NCBI GenBank assembly: GCA_977030845.1
Contig: OZ365109.1
Location: 24,056,001-24,120,000, forward strand
Length of the DNA stretch: 64,000 bases
Origin: Fimbriosthenelais zetlandica
Taxonomy: Eukaryota
Direction: 5' to 3'
In this document: positions 25,901 through 36,700 of the stretch, in pieces
Layout of the letters: the number at the start of each line of letters is the position of its first letter
Position numbering within the stretch: the first letter of the stretch is position 1
Translations under genes and position numbers: made by a program
Notes under the pieces: generated by a model
Seen by the model: only the letters and a program-made list of their open reading frames with translations
Told to the model about the DNA's origin: nothing
Database searches by the model: none

Positions 25901-27281
25901 GCTCATTTGTAGTGATGGGTCAAACCGTACAGGCAAAGGGGTCTGTATGGGGTATAGAATTACTTAGCTTGGCCCAACACCGATTTGTTTATTGCTTGAT
26001 ATGCATCCACAGATGTTTAGCAAATTGTTTGTTGGATAGATTTTCCAGATTATTTCTGATTATCTCAGTGGGTCTGTGTCTTAATTTCTTCATATACTTT
26101 CAATTAATTTTCTTTGGAACCGAGTGCCGATACATTTTGACACTAGCAGTATACATCCATTCGTCAAAGATTACTATTTTTTAAATTAATCCAGATATTG
26201 AAAAAAAATAACAATTTCTGAATCGGCAAGAATCCCATTGGATATAAATCGAATTTTCTTTATGAGCATTTGTTCGAATGTTTATTTGTTGAAATTTGTT
26301 CTTTGTATGCATATCCTATAGAACCATGGTGCAATTGCCTAAAACAGATCCCAAATATGAAGACACTGATAATTATCTCAAGACTAAGAACAGACTCCCA
26401 TCTGAAATCCCAACAGCAATACAAAATAGGAATCTTATAGGCCTATCCAAATTGACGTTCTTGTGCATAGAAATAGGATAGGGAACATAGTTATAAGCCT
26501 AGTCGTTTTGGTCTCTGGGAAAATCCCATCGACAATAATTTTATTAAATTTCATGGAAGCAGGAAAACTGGCGAGGTGCCACCTCTGGCAACTCGGTCTT
26601 GTTAAATTAGGCATGTCAGCTATGTATTTTTCGACACGTGAAAATAAATGTTGATGCATTTGTATTTGATGGGTTCCGGATAATGTCCTCCCAAGGTGTG
26701 TTCCTGACGCACCAAGATTCTGAAAAATCAGCACCCGTTTTTTTCTACTTCCCGACGAATTGCTATTAATTATAGGGAGGCTGGAACTGAAATTCAGGGC
26801 AAACGGAGTGCTAGGTAAGTACGTACTGCTATAATTCGGCGTACATGAATGTATTTTGAAAACTTCTTCTGAAAGGCATTGAGATCGCTCCCTATTTTTC
26901 ATGTTGAAATTCAATTTAAAAAAAAATATTACTTTCTATTCCTTGTACCTTTTCCCTGTGCGCCACCCTTAAAGTATTTTCTGCATGTTTAAATAAAGAT
27001 AAGCGGCATTGATGCCTATTTTAACGGCTAATAATCATAAGAATATGTACACGTATACATATATAGTCCTATTCGGCAGCGAATCCCAGGAATATAGCAA
27101 CTAGGCCTACATCGTGTATTCTATTTTGAAATTACAGGTATTTTCCTCAAATGAATTGTATGTATTATGCGGATGTACATGGTCGGCGATATAATAGATA
27201 GGCCTATAACAAACTTTAAAAAGTACACCATATGAATTCAATCTTTCTCTGCAATCTTCCTGAGAATATTTCAACCAATAT

Positions 27282-27374
27282 GGATGTCTGTTTCAGAACA
27301 AACATTAGCAATGCGAGAGTAAATACATGCATAATTATTATGGAAATCTTTGCCCTGAAACTAACGGGGCCCTG
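27282..27374 (+). mobile_element. Degenerate MITE family copy
   Basis: GTCTGTTTCAGAACAAACATTAGCAATGC at the left and CTGAAACTAACGGGGCCCTG at the right. Confidence 0.55.
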
Positions 27375-28066
27375 AAAGAGTTAAAGGGAACTTCAGCATA
27401 ATTCTGCATGGTGGCTATAACTTGGCGTAACATTCCGACATGGTTATAATGCTATAATGCGGCGGTAGGGAAATATTCTCGTCTCATTTTTTTCTGCAAA
27501 AGAACTTTTCATTAGATGGAAACACTTCTGTTAAACTATAAGTAGCCTATAAATATAAAAGCAAGGTTGATAAAAGTAAAAATATACAAACAATGTCTAT
27601 AAGTTAAATATCCAAAAGAAAATAGTCATTGCAAGTTCCATATACATGTATAGATTCTCACACATCATGATGCATATTCTATTACAATAATATGTAGGCA
27701 TTATAAAAGTTCTAAAAATTTGGTAACGGGTTTTCCAAATCTATCCTGGCGCCTTATTCTAACCAGCCCATCTGAAACAGATACATGTATAAGATATGTC
27801 TATAATGGCAATACCATTAAAATAATGGCATTAAAACCATGCATGGATCAGTACCCATCAGATCAGTAACCCTAACTCTATAGTTAGAAAAAGCTCAAAT
27901 CGAAGATGGAATGCTTCTTTCTGGGATCTTTGGTATCAGGTAAATTTGTATGAGATTTGTCACACGGTCCTCTGTAGTCTATACGCTCTGTTAACAGAAT
28001 AAAATTTGATAGAACATAGACATAGAGAAAGTCACATACAAATTTTGCAAGTCGTGCAATCTGAAT

Positions 28067-28927
28067 CCGGGGGGGGGGGGGGCTCTCGCTCTATGAGGGT
28101 CACTAGGGGTGTGCCGACATTTAGGATAACCTTTTTTTTTTTTTTTAGCCTTTTGGATAGCCCTGACCCCTTATCAAACCTCGGTCGACTATTTCACTAC
28201 TCCTGGTATAGAGTGGTTAATTCTTCCCCTGTGTTCTTGTCCGAAAGACATAATATAGTTTTTGTTTTCATAATCCCCATCCCTACCCACTTCAACCTAA
28301 TCCTCTGCCCCCGCTACGCGCTTCACAGTTCTGAAGCCAGTTCAAACTTTCTACAATCTCCTGCTAAATTATATGTGGATTGACCATGGGTTTGTATAAA
28401 CCCCGCCACGCCAACACTAAAACAAAGCATCACATTGTTTTCCTTCTCCTGACATAACTCCCCTTATCAAAGCTCCGACAACAATACCATATCCCGCCAG
28501 CCCGTCTGGTCAGTGTCTGTTTGGACAGTGGTTTTAATTCACCTCATAAGCTTGAAACGTACAGGTTAACTGGGAAAATAGCCGTTGGGAAATGACATTT
28601 TGTTCAGCTTATCAGAAAATTCAGATTAAAAAGTACAGGTTAAGCGGACAAAATAAACATAATCATAAAGCAACTCTGCAGGGACATTTAAAAAGTTCAG
28701 CTTAACAGGAAATTCAGTTTAAGCGAGTTCAGTTTAAGTGTATAATAAAGCTGATTCCCGAGTTAACAGATTTAAGCGTTAACTTTTAATAACATGGGGT
28801 GCCAAAAGGTATGTTTGGTATAGAGTTGGGGTGGTTTTTTGGCCATCAAGGTGGTATAAACCTCGGTCTACATTTTGGGTACGGGGCGGCACACCCCCGT
28901 GAATTTACTGAGCGAGAGCCCCCCGGG
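28067..28927. mobile_element. 861-bp non-autonomous DNA transposon with poly-G/poly-C termini and an 8-bp target-site duplication
   Basis: Left end CCG(14)CTCTCGCTC...GGGGTGTGCCG and right end CGGCACACCCC...GAGCGAGAGCCCCCCGGG are inverted. ATCTGAAT flanks both sides (28059-28066 and 28928-28935). No transposase ORF. Confidence 0.85.
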
Positions 28928-30499
28928 ATCTGAATTCCCAATCGTCTGGACAAAAATAATGCAGAGACTACTGAAATTTTTTTTGGCGAGAAATCTTTTC
29001 ATCGGCTTCATCAATCAAGTAAAAGAATGAATCCTAATGTATGTTTCCTTGCTGAATCCCTCTCGAGGGGAGATTGACCCATACGCTATAATTATTTATT
29101 TGCCCGACTATTTCACTATAAAGTCTATATCTTAATCCCCTCCCTTTCCCAATACCACAAAATGTGAGGAGATCGCCCGGCTGAACATCGAGTGGCCGAC
29201 CAGACGAGAGAAATCCAGCTCATTTAGGTTTCATGTGGACTGAGTCTAATACCATTACGTAACCCTCTCCACAAACTCTCCATTTATAATAAGCCGGTGT
29301 CTATAGGTGAACCAAGGAGTTTATTTGCACAAGGGACCACCACCAGTCCACCCTTTATCCTCTCGAGTAGGAATTAACATAGGCCTACACCACCACCACC
29401 GCCATGCATGTCACTGTTTCAATCAATCCAGGTCATGAATTGAGGTCAGAGTAGGGAAGCCCAAGGTGGTCCCTTAATTGGAATTTGTAATTTTGCTGGC
29501 CGCTGCACCGACCCTTTCACTCCAGTGGTTTCCCCCCTCCTCCTCCCATCTGAAAATTGCGGGCCAAACCTGTATAGCAGCTATTTGTTTGTAGGCCAAA
29601 CAAGCGCGCTGCGTCTATAGTTGGCCACTACTAGCGGGCTTGTATTTGAGGGATGGGGATAATGGTGGTCGGGCCAGCGGTGGCCTGTCTACAACTCTTT
29701 CTGATCGATTCGCTGGAGGAGCGGGATTATGACCAGCCCTGGAGGAATATAGCCTCTACCCCAGAGGCTATTTCCCATAGCCTGGGCGCAGTGGGGGCCT
29801 CCTGGCTCCCAACACGACTAACCTCGGGCTATGTCGGCATATACTTCATATATATGCTTTCCTATAGCCCGGCTTTTATTATAGGTCAACTATGTACACT
29901 GCAGATGACCCTTTCCTCATGCATTTCATAGCAAAAATAAAATCACCATGACAAGCAATGTTTTCAATACCAACGCAAAGTCATGTAGGTAAAATTGTGA
30001 AACATTTACTTGAACTCGATTTTGTAATCCAATATGGAATTCGGACAGTTTGTAGCCATGTATAGCAAGTTCATTGCATAAGCCTCAGTTAGCTAATTGG
30101 AATCATACATTGCATGGTGGGAGGTATGGGGCCCATCCAAACCCACACACTCTCCTTCTAACTCTCTCCGCACACATGATAGACCTACGCAGACCCCCTC
30201 CGCTCCCCACCTCCCCCCTTCATCTCCCACAATCCGGGTTCCCCCATCGTCTGCAGTCTGACAGCTGTGGTCGCTGACTGAGCGCCAACCAACCAACTAC
30301 ACCAACCACCATCACAACACTCCGAAAATATCGCCCATTTCTCCTATTTCCAGCCTAATCTCCGCCAAAAGGACCTGACAGGATCCAAGGATAGGGTTCC
30401 CGACATCGCTTTGGGTACTTGCTTTGGAATAATTCGGCCTGGATGGCGTGTATTTGGGGCCTTTTGGACTCAGCTTGGCCCACTATTATTGACAATAAA

Positions 30500-30770
30500 T
30501 CCGGGCGAGGTCACGTGACTCAAACAGCTGAGGACTGAACCGAGTGTACACAAACCCGACCATCGTACATCTTCGCTGATTTCTTCGATTCTTCACAGAA
30601 CTCCACAAAACAACAAGGTTGGTGCAATAGCTCCTTTTGCCAGCTGTAAAAATTCGTAGGGAATAGTGCATGCGTCGCGTACTTTTAGAGATACGAGCGA
30701 TATTCTCTCGTAGTAATTGGGCGGGCTATTGGACCCGAATCCAAGATGGCGGACTGTAGATAGGTAGTGC
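30500..30770. promoter_or_regulatory. Probable divergent (bidirectional) Pol II promoter
   Basis: GTCACGTGAC at 30510-30519, TGCATGCG at about 30668, two ATTGG flanking GGGCGGG (about 30716-30732), and CAAGATGGCGG at 30742-30752. Strand skew flips from C/A-rich on the left to G/T-rich on the right. Confidence 0.55.
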
Positions 30771-33700
30771 ATTAGTGTGGGTGAAGTAGTTGTAACTCAT
30801 TTAGCACTGTTTACCATTGACTTGACTACATGTCAGCTCTGTCAGGATGCAGATTAAGAATCAAATTGTCGAATGTGTTACGGTCATCTGTGTATTTTGA
30901 TGAAATCATTCATTTCAGGACGTTCGAATGTTTTATTACATAGGTGTAATGAGTAGTGTGTGTGGGTCTGTGAAGTGCAGTAGGTCTCTCGCGGTTAGAG
31001 ATTGTCAAAACCTCGCCACACTCGTGTGGTTAGTTTAGCGGGTAGGCCTAGGCCATGTGTCTCCCTCACTGGCCAGGGCCCCTCCTATATACACTCTGTA
31101 TAGGACCCAGTGTGTAGAGTAAGGCCTGTTGTGTTGTGGCGATACATTAGACATTCAGTGAGCGATACTATACCGGCTTTATTTGTGTGTCCCTACTTCG
31201 TGTGGGGAATAATAGGGGCACACTAAGGTGTTAGAAGATTTATATATGTGTATGTTGTTTATAAGGGATTTACTAGGGCATGGGGGAGTGATATGTATAG
31301 AGAGAGACTTATCTCTCTATATGACTTGACTGTTGTGATGTGTGTAACATGCACTCGCCTCTCCATCATGTAGGCAGGCCTATTTGCGTCATTGTGAAGT
31401 TTCTGGACTTACTCCTTATCTATGTACATAAATAATGGGATGCTTCAGGCTGATTGTGAAATGAATTGAGTGAGGCTGGACCTTGTATAGACTAGTATAA
31501 GTGTATAGCTAGCTACCTACACGACCCAGTCTGTTTTCTAGGTATGCCTACTGGAACACATGCATTCAACATATATGAGACTTGACCAACCAACAGCAAA
31601 GGCAGGGCAAGGCCTGACTTGATATATGATTAGAACAGGCGGAGATGCATGTCAGCTGGAGCAAGGGCTGCTGCATGCAGGCCTGTCCCTCATTCTCTCT
31701 CTCTCTCCCTCTTCTCCCCAGCTCGACCTCCCCAAACTTTCCACCACCGCCGGGCTGAAACTTCTCACTCAGCCTGCTTGCCTCTTGACAAGGGAAACTG
31801 TTCTATGGGCCCCCCTATGTGTCGGAGGGAATGGAGATAAATGGGATAGGGTGGTGTATACAGGCCCTCCATGCAATGACATACGACCGGCCAAGGGCAT
31901 TAACATGACAGAGAGGTCCCACTATCACGTCTATTCACCAGCTCACAAGGTCTGGGTCAGAGGGCTTTACCAACTGTTAGTTTACTGCAAAAGCCATCCT
32001 GGTGACAAAGTAAATTCGGTCGCACACCAAAGAGGATCTAAGGGGTCTTTCACTCTTTGCTGATCTTCCACACTTGTCAGCTTCTAAATGAGGTTATTTA
32101 AGGTGCAACCTGGACCCTCAAAGGCTACATACCCGCAGTTGTATAAACCAACAAGGCAGGGGAGCGACAAAACTACCTACTTGGCGATCAGTTAGCTGTT
32201 GTGGTGTGGGTGTGTTGGAAGGCCACTCGTTAGTGGGGATATGAATGGGTTCTCACCCATTCATTTTTGAAGTATGTGGTCTTTTCTTTCCCCACAAGGG
32301 TCCTTTATCATCTACCCCCTAGTAGAGTTCCTACTTTATGGTGTGTAGGTTACCCCTCATACCTTCAGTGGATTGCCTTGATATACTGCATATTATTTCC
32401 CTCCAGCCCATGTGGTCCACTCATGCAATCACCACACTCTCTAACCCCACCACACACATAAAAACCCCTCCAGGAACATGATGTTTCTGACATTGATTTC
32501 TCCATTGCATATGGACCACCCATGTGTGATGCTTACCCAAGCAGTTTACTTGAACCAGGTTTTGTAATGTCACCATTATGTGAAACTTGCCATCTTCTAA
32601 TAAGATGTTCTGTTTGTTGGGAGTGTGTGATTTGAAATTAATTTTACCCACTCCTTATTCACACACACTCATGTAGGCCTATACATTTTCTCAACTAGGC
32701 CTACTGTATAACACTGTTTCGTGCTGGACCCAACTAAAGGGCTCTAGGACAGTAGGGTCTCCTATTAACCCCTGACCCATTGATCCCCGCCCATGTTTCA
32801 AATATGGGTCATTATGAAATATAACATGAACAATATACAGGATAGGCATACTCTTTCATAGGATAACTTTTCAACCTATAGTCATCGACCTATGTTAAAA
32901 ACTCGCATCTCCCCACAAATAACCCTCCGCCCTTTGGAAAGCCTGCATGGCCTGCTGCTGGTGCTGCGAGGAAAACAAACCCATATGTTGACTGTATCCT
33001 CCAGTGTATCGGAGGAAGACCCCCTCTGGCTTCCTCCAGGAGGTGAGGCCTTGCACTAATCAAACCCACCCAACAGACCCGCTAACAACCCCGTCCCCCT
33101 CCCGCTGTCACTTATCACCAGCCCAAACCTTTACATCAACACTATAAATAAAGCCTGAGATTCATTGCTCAACATTTCAGGGAAACCGCTGATCCATTGG
33201 TGTTAAGGATAAACACCTAAACTTTCAACACGTCATAACATCTGATAGATCTATATATATACTTTCACATCTTATCTCAGTTGTGGCTTTCACTCAAGAT
33301 TTGTATGATGTATTCATTGATTGACACATGTTTTTTTTTGGAACTTGGATCCATGAATATGAATGCTGGTGTATTAACATCTCTGAACTTTCCCAGGTTT
33401 TACGGCCATCACAAGTGAAAATACATATCATTCCTGTAATAGATTTTCATGAGCAATACGTCGCAAGGAACGTTCAACGGGACAAAAGTTATGGCTCACA
33501 CTGTAAATTGCAAGATTGGAAGTGGGGTTAAAGGGATGGGCTTAATAGAACATATTTATGCCATATCTTGTAAATATGATTTCCATAGATTAATAATGTA
33601 CTTCCCTATCTTCAGGCTTGATAGTGGGTTCAGATTATATACCATTGCCATCAATGGTTTTTCTACATACACAGAGCCCTGACTTGGAAGGGTGTCAGAG

Positions 33701-36700
33701 GTATCTGACCCCATTTTGAAGGGTGCGTGTAGACACTTTCACAAAGCCATACAGTCAAATAGGGGCACCGATCTGAAGCCACGGATTACGCCTAAAACTC
33801 TCCCTCTCTTCCCAATTAATTGAATACTTTTGTGAACTCATAGTCCCATTCGGGTTTAGTCTCATGAGTGTTCATGCGTTTTGAAATCCAGAAAGTAGGA
33901 CAGTCGGGTTTGGACGGGTGGGTAAATTTCCATGAGACCTCTCTCCGTATCTACGCCTGTAGACTGGCGGTCCACCATGTTTTGGCCTTGTAGTCCCCTC
34001 CAGAATTTCGTTCTCCTAGCTCATCTGAGACAGATCGTGGTCCAACTGTTTCATGAACGCATAGGAAACATATGTGGAATACTGCATGTGGCGATTTTGG
34101 ATCATTTCACCGGTAATTTAATGAATGGCGAACTTGAATTTATTTAGGTCCTGACCTGTACCAATGTAAGGTAGAGCTCTTCTAATACCTTAGTCATAAT
34201 ATTAAGCTATATCTACAACTTAATTCACTTTATATGTTCATTTCCCTACTCTGTACGCTTCATGGAATCGTATGAATCAATCGGATGAAAAGATCGGGGA
34301 TTGTTCTTCCCGCATGGTTCCAACCCGTGTACTACGCAGCTAAAAACGGCAGAAAGAGGTCTGGAGTTCGTCTGCCTTGCCACTGAAGCCGTTGACCTCA
34401 TTTCCACGAACGTGTGTAAAAACGCGGGAAAATGGATGGCGAGATAATGGAGGGAGTAATGGGCGGCAGACTGTCATCGGTGAAAAATCACTGGCACCAT
34501 TGAATATCCCCTGGAATTTTGCATGCACTCAACAAGCAAATCATGATTAAGTGAAGAAGGTTTTTACGTGCATACATCGGAAAAGGGAAATGACCCTTTC
34601 AAGTTTAGAAATAGACGGGTTTGCCGTGTTTTGAATGCGTGTCCGTCCTTATTCGCTGTTAAAAATGTCTTGGCACAAAGGTTATTCACAGTATTAACTA
34701 TTAATTTATGGGTGGTTTATTTTAATTAACCAATTGGGCGCTATTCCATCGAGAGTTTTTACTTGTATTCCTTTATTCTGCAAGTTTCCTGAACAAAATG
34801 TTTGGAAATATCCCTACATTTCCTAAACTGCCTTCAAACCTGCCCTATTGCCAAACTTATAGATCCCCCTTTGTCAAGTACCTTCCAGTGAAAACCTGTT
34901 GATTGTGGGAAAATTACCTTGGTTAAGCTTTTCCGGTGATTTTAAACTTTAATGGCGCCGGTCCTGATAGCTAGATTGAAACACGAAAGTATGAAGGGTG
35001 GGAATAAACAAAGTGAAAATTTAAAAATACAGACTTAACAAGTTTAAAAACAATATGGAAATACAATGGAATCCCCTTCGTGTTAATTAGTGTGTTCAAT
35101 CTCTGTTCCCCCTTCTCTCTCTCTCTGTCTCTCCCTCTTTCTTTACCCCTCACTCACTTTGCCCTCTCATAATTTAGCTAGCAACATCAATAGGCGGAAG
35201 ATCATGGTACATTCATTTCCCCCATGGCCCGTGAGCATAAACTTGAATTGTGCTGTACAAATGTGTTGGAATAAAAATTGTATTTACTCGTCTGTCAGCA
35301 TTGCAAAGGTGAAACCACATTCTCGACTATCTGTTATAGCCATGTTTGTGGACCATACATGATCCTGTGATTTTAAAGGGGAAACCTGTTCAATTCCTCT
35401 AGATATCAAGAAAAAGAGAGACAAATACTGTTGCTAAACAAGTGATTCTTCATGTCACGGAGCCGCGCCATCTGCCCGGAACTCCCACTTTGAGACACAG
35501 TTGAGAAAAAATTAGTGGTCATCTTAGGTCTTCTCTACTTGATTTTATCGCGATGTTACAGCCTTGTTTCTGTGGCAACCTGTCGATCTTGCACCAGGTG
35601 TGGCGTCCCATGAAACCTCACAAAATTGCTGCGAAAGTCGCAATTAATTTGGTACCTTTCGTGTCATTCCTCTGTGAATTTGCACAGTACACCACAAGGA
35701 AGTCGACAACAAGATGGTCAAATAATTGTAAGCCCATCTGTGCTTTCAAACTGAGAGTGATTGAACCAATTGGCCTATTTCGTCCGATGTTTCTTTCTGG
35801 GATTATTATGTAATTTATGCCGCTTTTTAAAAACAAATTACCGATATCTTAGCCAGTATTACGTTTTCTGGGATAGGCTAATATCTTACTTTGAAAGGCT
35901 CCCCTGTTCAGTCGATGTAGAACATGTAGGGCGTCATTATCTGACATGAGATTCCGAAAAACCATCTGAGTCAATGGAAAAAACGTCAACAAATCTAAAA
36001 AAACCCATAAAGTACCACATTCCCAATTGCGTATGTTTTACAGAACGCACCGATAAACACGTGAGTCACGTGGATTTCCATAGAGAATTAATACTGGACA
36101 GTTGTTTTGAGCTTAACGTGGGTTAAAAACTTAATGGTATCGACTAATACAAGATATATTACTTTCTCAAAATCGCGGGCAAATTTTTTACTTCTTTCCA
36201 AGAAAATATAAGCAGTGATTCATGACCGCTGCCTTCGTAGGTGCATGAAAGAAAGTAACCGTGTTTTACAAGTTCCTGAAAGTATTGATTCACTGGCACT
36301 CTTGTGGAAATACTACGTTCAGGGGAAATTAAGTGATGAATCAGACGAGATAAACGCTGTTCACCACATCCTTCTTGGCATGGCAGTTCTACTGTATATT
36401 TTTCTTCACACACAACGTGAATGAAGTCCTGTAAAAAAAAAAAGGATTTTTTCTACATTCCAATTTGTTTGAAGTTATGTAAAAGTACATGGTCAACGAT
36501 TTAGGTGGTAAAGTTTTGTACGAAAACTATTATTCATCCCGGAAACATGGCAAATGTTTCTGCAAAAATTTCGCCTATCAATTTCACCTCGCAATTCTCT
36601 AAATACATTGGGATGCAATGCAAGACTACAAACTAGGAAACTGGTGAATTGAAATATAATTCAATTTCCATTACTGTAGCAAAACAATCTTCAAACGTAA

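Noticed and set aside
26435-26914. 159-aa minus-strand ORF, and a strong + strand donor CTAG|GTAAGT at about 26815
   Set aside because: No recognisable motif, and the + frames upstream of the donor hit stops without a credible acceptor.
27867-27877. TAACCCTAACT, resembling a telomerase RNA template
   Set aside because: No downstream pseudoknot-like or H/ACA features, and the context is AT-rich.
9009-30338. Shared 13-mer ATGGGCGATATTT between the 9.0-kb and 30.3-kb islands (opposite strands)
   Set aside because: Many 13-mer matches are expected by chance within 64 kb, and the flanks do not align.
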